DNA of 63,647 nt, counting the filler, from Octopus bimaculoides (Eukaryota), in the NCBI RefSeq assembly GCF_001194135.2. It is 10 parts of 9 records of this genome, joined end to end, with 100 filler letters (N's around TTAATTAATTAA, not from the genome) between each part and the next. Parts side by side here need not be neighbours in the genome. Positions count along the whole stretch, not along the records: positions 8,379 to 30,590 come from NC_068995.1; positions 30,691 to 39,583 come from NC_068989.1; 8 more parts are not named here. One strand, given 5' to 3'. Positions 26,868-39,683 of this stretch are shown in pieces. Position 1 is the first letter of the stretch; the number at the start of each line of letters is the position of its first letter. A program made the position numbers and the translations under genes. The notes under the pieces were generated by a model. The model was given only the letters and a program-made list of their open reading frames with translations, did not search any database and was not told where the DNA came from.

Positions 26868-27290
26868 CTCATCCGCTAGAAATCAAAGTTAAATCTCTCT
26901 CGGGTTACACCATGCTGTCTAAAACAAAAGAAGGTGACATTTGGATCATGTAGTCCTTGATGTAGTGTCACTGAAAATTAAAAGGTGTGTTTGCCATGCC
27001 TGAAATACATTTTAATAGACGTTTGCTCGATCAGAAATGATTTGGGTCAATGCACAACCGCCGCCACCAACAACGATGGTTAATTTGAACCAATATGGGA
27101 GCTGGTAAACGGAAGTTCGATATTTTAGACGTAACGGCCAAATCCTCAATACACCCCTACGTCAGAAAAAAGTATGATGCATTAGATATATTTAAGTAAG
27201 ATTTTTTGATTGAAGATGTGATGGTCACAACCTGGATGTTTGTGTCGATTGAGCACTTGGATCAGGTCTTAGCTGGGGCTGAACAATAAT
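26868..27290. mobile_element. Two degenerate copies of interspersed repeat family D
   Basis: Similarity to fragments near 5850-5930, 33995-34150 and 62790-62940 (ctagaaat..gc..aaat.tc.ctc...cc.tac.gtctt..aaa...gga.a.t.tagt...gat). Confidence 0.45.
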
Positions 27291-27367
27291 AAGAATAGTA
27301 ATTTATAACATCTTGCAACCAAGTATTTTCGCTACTGAAATATCAGGGCATTAATGATGCGATATGA

Positions 27368-28149
27368 ACAGTCAACACCAGACACGGCGATGTTTAACGG
27401 TATACAAACCCACAATGACTGCAATACAAGCATAATCAAGTACATACCAATGATTGATTGGTAAACTACTCATTATCATTTTGGTACTGTCAACATCACA
27501 CCTTGTCGTTTGAGTGGCAATTTAGTCACAATGATTGCCAATTAAGAACCTGATGGTACAATATCACTAAAAAACCGCTGTTTCATTTGTAACAGCTATA
27601 ATTACCGTATAGGGATAGTCGACTACATATTAGTATCCTTTTTTAATTATAAGCATAACGATTGCAATATAGGGACAATAAAGGCGGTTAGTTGGCAGAA
27701 TCGTTGGAATCGGTGGCACTCAAATGGCATTTCATCCGTTTAAAATCCGCCGAGGACGACTTTGCCTTTAATCTTCCCGGAGCTGATCAAATAAGTACCA
27801 GTTAGGTAGTGGGGTTGATGTAACCGACTTACACCCCCTTCCTCGAAACTGCTGGTCTTGTGGCCAAAACTTGAAATGAATATTGGGTCAGTCAACTACA
27901 CACCCCTGTCTGAGTAGTTTCGTTATCGTTTTGACCGTCATATAAGCACTATCAGTTACGAACGCCTGTCTGACTGGTACCGTACCATTAGTAACTGCAG
28001 TTTGCCAACACTCGACCGTATACCACTCTTTGGCTGGAACTGGAACAGTACCTGTAATGATTGAGATATAGGGACAAACAACCACATACTACTATCAAAA
28101 AGCATATATATATATACAATATATATATACATATATATATGCATGCATG

Positions 28150-28225
<76 letters not shown>

Positions 28226-28530
28226 TATATATATACTCATATGATGGCTTTTATATAGAAACAGTCAACCACATACCACTGTTTGACTGGGAACATACGC
28301 GTTAGTATCGTCATATAAATAGAGCCGATAAATACACCACTGCCTGTCTGGTACTATATCGATAATGAATGACATATATGAAGATTCAACTAGATAACAC
28401 AGGATGATTAATATTACGCTCATAATAATTGCTATATAGAATCACTGAGCCATGTAACATTCTGTTTGATTGGTAACACATCCATAAGGACTGACATATA
28501 CGAAGAGTCGAACACACTGCACTGCGTGAC
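27368..28530. repeat. Highly degenerate ~55-63-bp tandem array, interrupted by a SINE and (TA)n
   Basis: Recurring unit approximately gtcaaccacataccactgt(t/c)tgactggtaccatatcgataatgactgacatatatgaaga, e.g. at 27435, 27489, 27889, 28264, 28330 and 28455. Confidence 0.7.
27682..27880 (+). mobile_element. SINE family B inserted in the tandem array
   Basis: ggcggttagttggcagaatcgtt...ccgccgaggacgactttgccttt...aaataagtaccag. Confidence 0.75.
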
Positions 28531-30414
28531 CAGCATTGCAATCTGGGACCAGAGAACCACACGACCGTTTGGTTAGTAGCGAATCATACGTCTTTATTTG
28601 GCTCGTACTTCCACAACGGTTATTGTGGATGTACTACCAGTATCCAGAATTTTACTTTAATGTGTTAAACATTGATTGGTCTGCTGGAATGAAAACTGAT
28701 GCATTCGTTTATGCAGCTGCCTGCATAACTGTGAGATCATCAAATGGCATATATATATAATATATACTATATATATACAATATATACTATATATATATAT
28801 ATGCATGTATTTGTGTGTANNNNNNNNNNNNNNNNNNNNNNNNNNNNNNNNNNNNNNNNNNNNNNNNNNNNNNNNNNNNNNNNNNNNNNNNNNNNNNNNN
28901 NNNNNNNNNNNNNNNNNNNNNNNNNNNNNNNNNNNNNNNNNNNNNNNNNNNNNNNNNNNNNNNNNNNNNNNNNNNNNNNNNNNNNNNNNNNNNNNNNNNN
29001 NNNNNNNNNNNNNNNNNNNNNNNNNNNNNNNNNNNNNNNNNNNNNNNNNNNNNNNNNNNNNNNNNNNNNNNNNNNNNNNNNNNNNNNNNNNNNNNNNNNN
29101 NNNNNNNNNNNNNNNNNNNNNNNNNNNNNNNNNNNNNNNNNNNNNNNNNNNNNNNNNNNNNNNNNNNNNNNNNNNNNNNNNNNNNNNNNNNNNNNNNNNN
29201 NNNNNNNNNNNNNNNNNNNNNNNNNNNNNNNNNNNNNNNNNNNNNNNNNNNNNNNNNNNNNNNNNNNNNNNNNNNNNNNNNNNNNNNNNNNNNNNNNNNN
29301 NNNNNNNNNNNNNNNNNNNNNNNNNNNNNNNNNNNNNNNNNNNNNNNNNNNNNNNNNNNNNNNNNNNNNNNNNNNNNNNNNNNNNNNNNNNNNNNNNNNN
29401 NNNNNNNNNNNNNNNNNNNNNNNNNNNNNNNNNNNNNNNNNNNNNNNNNNNNNNNNNNNNNNNNNNNNNNNNNNNNNNNNNNNNNNNNNNNNNNNNNNNN
29501 NNNNNNNNNNNNNNNNNNNNNNNNNNNNNNNNNNNNNNNNNNNNNNNNNNNNNNNNNNNNNNNNNNNNNNNNNNNNNNNNNNNNNNNNNNNNNNNNNNNN
29601 NNNNNNNNNNNNNNNNNNNNNNNNNNNNNNNNNNNNNNNNNNNNNNNNNNNNNNNNNNNNNNNNNNNNNNNNNNNNNNNNNNNNNNNNNNNNNNNNNNNN
29701 NNNNNNNNNNNNNNNNNNNNNNNNNNNNNNNNNNNNNNNNNNNNNNNNNNNTATATATATATATATATATATCAAATACGTATTATCTTCTACTTCGGAT
29801 ACAAAAGGACTGTTTGGCAAATATTCATTTACCAACAGACTTTAACCTCTCGCTATGTCTTCTCTCCTTTGCTCTTTCTACTGATACGACAATGGATTCT
29901 ACAATTGTAAAGGAGCTAGTTATATAGTTATATATCAGCATCACTTGAGATTACTAGTCTGTCCCTAACCCCTCATTCCTTCTCGTTCTTACTTTCCGAA
30001 ATATGCACTGCACATTCTCCCCAATCTTTCGGGCCCCCCCAAAAAACTGGAATTATCTTAAATTTCTTTTCCTATCCATAGTGTGTGTATATATATATAT
30101 ATAGTGAGAGAAAGAGAGAGTCTAGACAGCAACTGTCTGGCGAAAGCTAATGCGAAACTCCGAGCAGGAGTTCCTTTGTGATGTTTTTGCAGCTTTAATG
30201 AAAAGATATATATATATTTATAAAATGTGCAGTATATGGATTCGTAGAAGAAACCAAAAAAGTCCCCCGTATAACTACGATGTTCTGATGATCTGAAGAA
30301 CTAGCCTTCTATATGTGCATTCATTTGTAAATTTACAATTGTACTCTGTAGTGTATAGCATGCATATTAGAGCAGATATGTAAAATGATATCCTTTGCAT
30401 TAAAAAATATTCTT

Positions 30415-30510
30415 ATTACATGATGAAGGCTGCGAAACGTCCGTCATCTGACTGATATCAACTGGTGAATTAAATATATTCATGTCTCATACCTTCTGAT
30501 CTTTGTAGTT
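30415..30510 (+). mobile_element. Penelope-type pLTR remnant with a degenerate hammerhead core
   Basis: aTGATGA-aggctgc-GAAACGTC followed by a tail containing gaattaaatatattc; C3 is lost and stem II is truncated. Confidence 0.35.
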
Positions 30511-30556
30511 TATGTATATACATATATACACACATATACATACGTACATATATATT

Positions 30557-30590
<34 letters not shown>

Positions 30591-30911
30591 NNNNNNNNNN
30601 NNNNNNNNNNNNNNNNNNNNNNNNNNNNNNNNNNTTAATTAATTAANNNNNNNNNNNNNNNNNNNNNNNNNNNNNNNNNNNNNNNNNNNNCTCTCTCTCT
30701 CTCTCTCTCTCTCTCTCGGGCGTACGTCCGGTCAACGTAAACCTTACACGGAATGAGTGTATATATTTTTATGCACAACAGCGAGCATTGTGCATCCCCC
30801 CACTTTTCACAACGAAAGTATAAGTGTGCATACGGTTACGTTCTTATATATAAGTTCTTCAAAATATTTCCATCTACTTTAGTACTTCTGTTTCATACTG
30901 TGTTGCTTGCC

Positions 30912-30981
<70 letters not shown>

Positions 30982-30982
<1 letters not shown>

Positions 30983-31165
30983 CAAATTTTGGCACAAGGC
31001 CAGCAGATTCGGGCTAGAGTGTAAGTCGATTACATCGATCCCAGTGCTCAACAGGTATTAATTTTATTGACTCCGGAATGATGAAAGGCAAAGTGAACTC
31101 AGCGGAATTTGAACTCAGAACGTAAAGACAGACGAAATGCTGCTAAGCGTTTCACCCGGCGTGCT
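30982..31165 (-). mobile_element. SINE family B
   Basis: ggcacaaggccagc...aaaggcaaagtgaactcagcggaatttgaactcagaacg...ctaacgtttctgccag; tail abuts (AAT)n(GAT)n. Confidence 0.85.
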
Positions 31166-31414
31166 AACGTTTCTGCCAGTGCATGGATGTGGACAATGAA
31201 GAGACTAAATGCCATCCTGGCAGTTGTGAGCTCGGACCCATTCGGTTTGGCAGCATTATCGACTAGTTTTGAGAAATATGTTGGAGAAACTAGAATTGAC
31301 ATGAGGGTAGAACATGCTCAGAAAACTGATTTATTGGGGATAGCTGATTTTGAAATTGGAACTTGGATTTTAAGTTTCCTGTAAAAAATAAAAACCCTGT
31401 GAGACCCTAGACAA

Positions 31415-31449
<35 letters not shown>

Positions 31450-32629
31450 CATACATACATACATACATACATACATCAACAGACAGACCGACAAGCAGAG
31501 ATAGAATGTAGCAAGCAGCTGAATGGCTCGATAATTTGTCTGTTTCGTGCGTATGTATACATATATATGACTATGTGTGTGTGTACGTGTGTCGTGTATG
31601 CCTGTATGAGTACACATACACACTCACATACACCCATTAAGACACATCAACTAAACCGTATCAAAAATATGTCTAAAAACGAACGTTGTTTCTAAATGTT
31701 TACAGTTTTGAAAGCAATTTAATAAACCTGAAACATGACTTGAAGCTCTTGTGTGAGAAATTCCTTCACCATAAACATTTACGGCAAAGAAGTGCTATTA
31801 ACCATGAGTTTAACTTCAATCCGCAATTTATTTATCGGAAAACATCTCAGCAAAACAACTCCTCTGCAAACAACATCTCTATCAAAAGAAAGAAAATATT
31901 TCCTTCTCAACATATTTGGTCGTTGGTGTCTGAGATTGTAAGATCTACACAGCGTTAAGAAATATTGCAGCCATATTGAAATACGGTTGAACATGATGAG
32001 AAATGAATTTTTACCATCATTATATTTTAAACAACGCTATATATACGTGAAAGGCAACCAGAAATAAATTGTTTCGTACACTCCGCAGACTAACAATAAT
32101 TCTGGCAACAAATCGTGTTACTAAAAATGAAAAAGATCTACAAAATTAAGGCCTGTGCCTTGCTAAATATACAGTAATAGTCGTAGAGTGTTCGTATCAA
32201 CGAATTAATTGCTTTAAGTCAAGCACCCAAATCGAAAGAAGGGTGTCTGAGAATGTGTTAAATATAATTGAAGAATTATACTGTCTGGATTATATAAATA
32301 ATTAAAAAATCTCTCTTATAATTTGTTTTGATTAAGGCGCTTGTCTGCATATATTTTATTTTATTTTATTTATTTTAATCCTGATTACCGTAATTGAAAA
32401 AATCACCAACAGCCAGTCATCCATTGTTACATTTGAAGCTGAAAATACAACGATTGTTTCTCGTCTGCTCTGGTGTTACAGGTTTTTAGCGAGGAATATT
32501 ATCAGCTTCTTTCTGTGATAATGTTTACTTCAATACAAAAACCAACAGTTATTTCTTGCACAAAAACCCAAAAGCCCTGGGGTTATATGCTACGTTCTAC
32601 TGAATGAAATCTCTGTGTAACCAATAATG

Positions 32630-32760
32630 TATTTGTCAACTATTTCAACATCTACTCTGGAAATATCCACAATACAAACAGTCAGCTGGACTTAATAACA
32701 ATATTTTCAGCTGATATAGGGATGGGATTCGGCCCGGAGAAAAAAATGGTAATAATAATG
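32630..32760 (+). mobile_element. Possible small relic of an R4/Dong-type reverse transcriptase
   Basis: Translates as IFSADIGMGFGPEK, resembling the IFSxDIGMxFGLxKC segment after the YMDD motif in these LINEs; short match only. Confidence 0.35.
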
Positions 32761-33217
32761 GTTGAGTGTGGAAGAATTTTCTGTCCAAATCGAAAACGTC
32801 GACATCAACGATTCCTCTATTTCCCAGGTTATAACAATAATTTGTATAATACTATGGAGCTGGCGAAAATATTCCATACAATGGTTACAGGGCGGTAAAA
32901 GAATATTTCACCAAACTTAACCCTTTGCCTTTCTTATGTCACACATATTTCCCTGGTTTCCAGGCAACCATTTTTCCCAACCACCTGAGTAATTTAGGAC
33001 TTATGAAAGGAAAGCTCTCTGCTATATTTCTATGGACGTGAGGGCGGGAAGTTGACAGTATCGTTAGGACGTCGGGCAAACTATTAGGGTGGAGCATAAT
33101 TATTGCGGCTTTTTTCAACAAATTGTATTCAACAAAAACAATGACCACATGTAATAAAAACATCTTTAAATGATTATTCCGGAGGATATTCACTATCTAC
33201 TACAATTACTGCTTCTC

Positions 33218-33283
<66 letters not shown>

Positions 33284-33615
33284 CATCTCCCGAAATTGTT
33301 GGTGGGGGTTTTCTGCCAAAATTTGAAATCAGTATATATTGAAAGTGTAAACGGTAAGTTTGTGTTTTGTGAGAGGAGGAAAGGGAATGTGTAAATATCA
33401 GTAAATAAGAGAGAGGGGGATGAGTGTTAGTGAAAGGGGAGGATGAGAGTATGTAAGTTTGGGTATGTGAGTGACAGGGTGAGTGTTAGCGAGAGAGAGA
33501 GAGAGAGCGGGAAGGTTTTATGTATTCGTGTGTGAGAGAGTATATAAATGTATAACAGATCTCGGTGAGAGAGTGTGTATATGTCCTTGAGTATGTGTCA
33601 ATGTGCGTTTATGTG

Positions 33616-33648
<33 letters not shown>

Positions 33649-34289
33649 AATGTCACAGGGGTTTGACACGCTAATAATCCACTCCGGTGGTGGTGAAGTT
33701 TACCGATGTCAGTCCCCACTTGACCTCAAGTCACTTCACGTCACCTCAAGACACCTCCTCACTTCACTTCTTCTTTCCCTCGCCTTTCATTCACTTCTAC
33801 TTCACTCCTGCTACTCCTCAGCAGCACTGTCCCACCACCGCTTAACAACTTCCGTTATGTTCACCTGACCTTGCATTCCTCACATCTACTTTATCTGCAG
33901 TGCTCCGCCGCCTCCACTCATCCCCACATTGTCACACTCACGAACGAAAGAAGGAGAGAGAGGGGGGAGAGAGAGAGAGAGCGAGAGAGCCTCCATGTAA
34001 TCAGTCATTCAAATTTCACTTTACCGTCTTAACTCAAACAGGAACAAGCGAGATTATATAGTTCTAGAAACACTGAATAAAAGACTGGATGGTCACAGTT
34101 AGAGTGCCATTCATCTCAGCTGGTTTATTCAGAGCTGACCTGGGTTAAACAACGCTTCTACAATATTACGGAAGTGTAAAGAGGCGAGGTGGACGACTCG
34201 TTAGCACGCCGGGCGAAGGTGCGTACTGGGGTTGATCTAATTTATTAAATGGCAAATTTACCCAGGTAGGTCACTGCTATATTACCGAT

Positions 34290-34930
34290 GCCTAGAGATA
34301 CCCCCTTCTAGTAGAAGAATCGATAAGACTGAAGGGACCCCCTTCCGCCACACTTTTTGCAAAAAAAAGACAAAAGTTGCAGGCGAGAAACGTTTTAACA
34401 GGAACATCCGATTTTTATAATTTTGCTTTCAAGAGGACCGCCACGTTGCAGATAAATATTTTGGCACAGCCTTGGGGCCTCTAATGCTCAAGAAAATTGC
34501 GAAAAACTTTGAAAAATTCGATATTTCGCATTTTTGCAAAGTTACACGTTAGAAAACTTTTTACTGGAAGGTTCGATTTCCTTGGTTTTCACAGCTAAAA
34601 AAACCACCATGTAACGGCGGTTCTATCAAGTATCTATTCTATGTCCAAAGGCATCCCTGTGCGACATAAACCGCGAAAAACTTTAAAAAATCGATTTTAT
34701 ACACTTTTTTCTCCTTTAAATCTCCAAACACTTCTCACTGCTTCGGTGGACTGCGTTCAAACTTTACTCATCCTAAGGATATCGTTGGGATACTCCGATT
34801 TGCACGCAATACATCCGCGTATGACCAACAATTGTGAAAAACTGAGTAGAAAATCGTTTTTTTGTTTCCTTAAATCCCTCATTTTTGACCGAATTCGTCC
34901 AAATCTCTCATGACCAGTACAGATGACTCA
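34290..34930. mobile_element. CpG-rich non-coding DNA-transposon-like insertion (unclassified; Helentron/HINE-like appearance)
   Basis: Abrupt CpG-rich composition; short hairpin gaagg-gaccc-ccttc at 34331-34345; internal repeat gcgaaaaacttt(g/a)aaaaa(t)tcgat at ~34499 and ~34673. Confidence 0.35.
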
Positions 34931-35026
34931 ACAATGATTTACAACTACTTTTGGTTTAATATTTTTTATTTAATTTGCGACAGATCTACGAAATACTGTG
35001 AAACATCACCTTTTCGCATTGTTGGT

Positions 35027-35310
35027 CCGAGGCTATAGTAGAAGACAATTGCCCAAGGTGCCACGCAAAGGGACTGAACCCAGAACCATGTGGCTGGTAA
35101 GCAAGCTACTAACCACACAGCCACTCATATGTATATGTGCGTGTGTATATATATATACATACATACATACATACATATAAGAGTGGCTTCTTTCAGTTTC
35201 CGTCTACCAAATCCACTCACAAAGTTTTGGTCGGTCCGAGGTTATAGCAGTAGACAGTTACCCAAGGTGCCACGCAGTGTGACTGAACCCGGAACCATGT
35301 GGTTAGGAAG
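35027..35310 (-). mobile_element. Two tandem SINE family A heads
   Basis: cccaaggtgccacgca...gactgaaccc.gaaccatgtgg occurs at ~35050 and ~35260. Confidence 0.85.
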
Positions 35311-35499
35311 CAAGCAAAAGAGATCGACGTGGACGCTTTAGGATCTATTTCTTCGTTGATTGCTTTTGCTGTAACGGAAACTCCCCAATGCCGTGACGTA
35401 ATCATTTGGCACTTCCGGTCTGTCGTGCGTCGCCATTTCTTGCCCACATTTTACATATACCCCTATCTTGCCCACTATTTTTTTCTTTTTATCTTTTAT

Positions 35500-35680
35500 T
35501 TGTTTCCGTCGTTAGGCTGCGGCCATGCTAGGGCAATGCACTGAAGTTTTATTAGTCAAATGAATCGCTCCCACTACCTATTCTCTTTTCTACGTTTGGT
35601 ACTTGTTTTATCAGTCTCTTCTGCCGAGCCACTAAGTTATAAAGATATAAACAAACGAACACTCGCTGTCAAACGGTGGT
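35500..35680 (-). mobile_element. SINE family A, degenerate 3' half
   Basis: gctgcggccatgctagggca...gccgagccactaagttat...gtcaaacggt. Confidence 0.6.
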
Positions 35681-37828
35681 CGAAGCTGAACTCAAAACAC
35701 AAGTCTGCATTTTTGTGAAAAATATCTCAGATTATTCAACTGAGCAGTCGTCATCGACATCGACGGGGATCCATTTTTGTTTTCAAGGTAAAGACAACAG
35801 TTTGTGTTGCGTTGTCTGGATACATGAGTGAGTTGGTTAATGACTGATGTAGATGGGGCGGTGAAGTAGTGACTAATTAACAGAACAGTGGTCGTAGCTG
35901 GTTGTTAGTGCCTCACCATCGCTATCACTACTACTACCACCACCACCAACAACAACACCACTATCTCCACTACTACCAAAATTACCTCCACCACCACTAC
36001 CACTAGAATCACCTCCACCACCATCACTTACACCATCATCATCTCTATCACCCGTACCACCACCATCGCTACCGTTACCATCACACATTTCAGTATATAA
36101 TATCAGTTTAGCTGACTTGTTTTGCCGCCATTTTTTTACCTAGATAAGACTGGCGGCTGGACTGATGGCCTGATGGTCTGATGGGCCGGCGTGCGAGCCT
36201 GATGGCGGGTTGGCAGTTTATAGCCGGTTGGTGGCTCACATTGAGGTTGTCCAGCTTCTCTTAGATTTGTTGCTGTTTGGATTATGGTCTGGCTGGTTTA
36301 TTGACTACCAAGTTTGTTAGTAGACTTGGCGTGACACAGTTTGTGAGAAGATGGGACGTATAAATCACAGGTTACACCCGATGGGTTTCTACTAAGTTTC
36401 CATTTATGCAGCTTCTTTCACAAAACTTGGTTTGATTCAAGGTTATGGTAAATAACACTTGTCCAAGATGCTACGCAGTAGGGTCGAAACAGTTATCACG
36501 TGATTTGAAAGCTGAGCGTTTGTCCAAGTTACGTTTATACCTTTAAAATGTTTGCCCTGGTGTCTCTTGCAAGATAACAACTCCACCAACATAAATTACA
36601 TGAGAGTCCTCTACAGGACCATTAGACGCTCGACCACCTAGAAATAAGAGCCAAATATTCCTCTACTGTAAAGCTGAAGTACTTGTATATATTTAAAAAA
36701 ATGTTAAATGAATCACAACAGCCGAGAGAAGGGCGCTTCTTAACGTTGTGGGTTAAAATGCTAAGCCATCAATTTTTTATGTATCGAACCAGGAAACCTT
36801 CAAGTAGTCCGCGACAGAATTCTGCATTGGAATCTCTCTGCGATCGGACAGAATTCTTATCGTATCAACATAGTTGTGCCATGGGCCAAGCGCTGTGGTG
36901 GCTCAAAGCACCACACTTCCTCTGTATTAATCAAACTTCGTGGGCAATGAACCCAGAATAGTGGGGGGAAACGTCGATGATTGATAAGCTAAGATATATT
37001 ATATGAGGTAAGGGTTCCTTTATCGTTGGTGAGCAAAATAATTTTATGAGCTTCAACGTCGGCAGCGAGTAAAAAACGAAGGTCCTACTTATATTATTGA
37101 ATCTAAAAGAGGTGATCATTGTTGGATTACGCGTTTGACTGTTGGCTTACTTGACTAGAAGACAGTTCATGGAACAATTACTGAAGATGAATTTGCCGCA
37201 AAGAGCCACAAATTTGATGTTCCTCGCCTTTGTTGTCGCTTTGGTTCAAAGACCCTCCAACGAAGGCAACACATCGCGTGCGCATACACACACACATACA
37301 CACATTCTCCCCTCTCTTTCTTCCTCCCTATCTCTCTCCTCTATCAGTTTTCCTTTCTCTCTCGCTTTCTCTCTCTCTCTCCCTTATTTTGCTACCACAC
37401 TCTCAGACGAAGAGCAAGAGTCCGAAATGCTAAATGCTTCATTCTTCACAAGAATTAACCTTACCATTTTCTCCTTCCAGGAACCCTTCATTGCATTGGC
37501 TAATTGTTTAATGAGGCAGAAGACTGACTCGCCAGGTGTTTGCTCTGATGCCAAATATTTCTTTGTTTAATCAGGGTTGCCTTGGGACCATACAACAACA
37601 ATATCAAGAGCAACATCGTCAGCAACAAAGAAAATGATGACGAAAAACCACAGCGAATGACCCAACACGGCAGCAAATTGACAGAGTCATTAGGGCAGTG
37701 GACAAAATGCTTTAAGATTTTAATTCTGGCTGCGTTTAAATCCCATCGAGAACAACTTTGCTTTTGACCCTGCCGATGTTGATTAAAATGCAGCACCATT
37801 CTTGAACAGGCAGAATTATTAGAATATT

Positions 37829-38040
37829 CTTTTCTACTCTGCACAAGGCCCGAAATTTTGGGGGAAGTTCCAGTCGATTAGATCGACTCTAGTACGCAAC
37901 TGGTACTTTATTTATCGACCCCGAAAAGAATGAAATGCAAAGTCGACCTCGGCGGAATTTGAACTCAGAACGTAGCAGCAGACGAAATGCCGCTAAGCAT
38001 TTCGCCCGGCATGCTAATGTTTCAGCCAGCTCGACCTCTT
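37829..38040 (-). mobile_element. SINE family B, full length with a 17-bp target-site duplication
   Basis: TSD agaattatta(g/a)aatatt at 37812-37828 and 38041-38057; A-box-like gagctggctgaaacattag and B box gagttcaaattc on minus. Confidence 0.92.
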
Positions 38041-38328
38041 AGAATTATTAAAATATTACAATATCTTTAACAGTGTCTTTGAACCATTTCTTACCCATTT
38101 ATTCGTACTTTACCCGGGTGGATCCTCATAGCCATTCCATGTTTTCAAAATCCCAATACATTTTTATAATGAAATAATGTTATGAGTTGTATTAAAAAAC
38201 AATTGTTAGAATATTTGCTGTATTGCCGAGGTATAACCAATTTATCGGACATAAATTTTCTAACAACAAAATATTAAAAGGACTAAGATCTTTTTATACT
38301 CTAAGGAAGATCTTTTTATACTCTAAAG

Positions 38329-38482
38329 CAGCGCTTCTTAAACTATGGGTCGCGACCTCAAATCGGGTCGCGAAAATTGAATTCGAACACTTGAATTTCA
38401 GTTTAAATGTTACTTCACAAACGTATATTTAATACCTGAAGTCATGATGGGGTCACGAATGAAAAAAGTTTAAAAAGCGCTA
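38329..38482. mobile_element. 154-bp hAT-type MITE
   Basis: TIRs cagcgcttcttaaact / agtttaaaaagcgcta; 8-bp TSD ctctaaag / ctctgaag. Confidence 0.85.
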
Positions 38483-39029
38483 CTCTGAAGGGATGCGTGC
38501 ATTGCGGCATTTGGGCATCGATTCCGGCTCTTCGCGTTCTCAGTTCAAATCAGGCCGCGTTTACTTGCAAGGCACAGTTAATCTAGCACCCTCTTCAACA
38601 CCGCTTCCACTGGAACTTTCGGTGTCTTTATCAGACTCGACGCTCTTTCAAGAATTCAGGTCGCGTCTTACGTTTGATTATGCTTATTTTCCTCTCCCCA
38701 CCTGCAGGTCTTCGAGGTCGTGATAAGATAGAAGCGGATGGACCCAGCCCTTACTTTTTAATCAAGCGATAAAAAAAAAATACACAGTCAAACAAACGGA
38801 TAAAGATAGACACACCCATACACACTCGCACGCACACATGCACATATATACACATGTTCATATATACACACGCACGCTCACACACTCACACACACACAAG
38901 CACACACTCACACACACGAACGCACGCACACACACACACAGCTGCGATAAGATCCGACTGGCCTGACCTGTTCAGCCTCTATAAGGAAACAGAACAAACT
39001 AGTCACATTTTTGCATATTAACAAGGCTT

Positions 39030-39080
<51 letters not shown>

Positions 39081-39501
39081 NNNNNNNNNNNNNNNNNNNN
39101 NNNNNNNNNNNNNNNNNNNNNNNNNNNNNNNNNNNNNNNNNNNNNNNNNNNNNNNNNNNNNNNNNNNNNNNNNNNNNNNNNNNNNNNNNNNGAGAAAGGT
39201 GTACAGAAGGACTGACAGAAAAGGAGAGAGAAGAAGGAAAATGTATTAACTTAATTAAGAAAGGAAGAAGAAAGGAAAGACGGAAGGAAGGTAAGAAAAT
39301 ATAAAAGGTTGAAATACAGGTGTGTTAATGTGGTTTGGTTATTGGGATTTATACTGTAGTGAATATAAGCACACGCACACACACATACACACACTCACAC
39401 ACACACATACAAACACACTCACACTCACATACAAACACCCACTATTTATATGATTGTGTGTATGTATGTTTAAGTGAATATGTGGGTATATATGTGTGCA
39501 G

Positions 39502-39535
<34 letters not shown>

Positions 39536-39683
39536 CTTATGTGGGCATATGTGTGTGCATGTATGTATATACATATATATATANNNNNNNNNNNNNNNNN
39601 NNNNNNNNNNNNNNNNNNNNNNNNNNNTTAATTAATTAANNNNNNNNNNNNNNNNNNNNNNNNNNNNNNNNNNNNNNNNNNNN

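Noticed and set aside
28657-29927. 350-390 aa ORFs (similarly at 24990, 44194, 52239)
   Set aside because: They span N gaps; the length is an artefact
31705-31938. Open plus-strand segment between ttacag| and |gtaaga
   Set aside because: Two plus frames and one minus frame are similarly open in AT-rich sequence, and none is recognisable; cannot be told from chance
33318-33333. atttgaaatcagt matches the 3' part of miR-29
   Set aside because: The seed (UAGCACC) is absent and no hairpin is evident
36944-36976. gcaatga...ggggggaaacgtc as another hammerhead
   Set aside because: First core box and stem I are not recoverable
37441-37500. Minus-strand SQCNEGFLEGENGKVNSCEE, resembling an EGF-domain fragment
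   Set aside because: Bounded by stops on both sides, only two cysteines, and no frame-compatible strong acceptor
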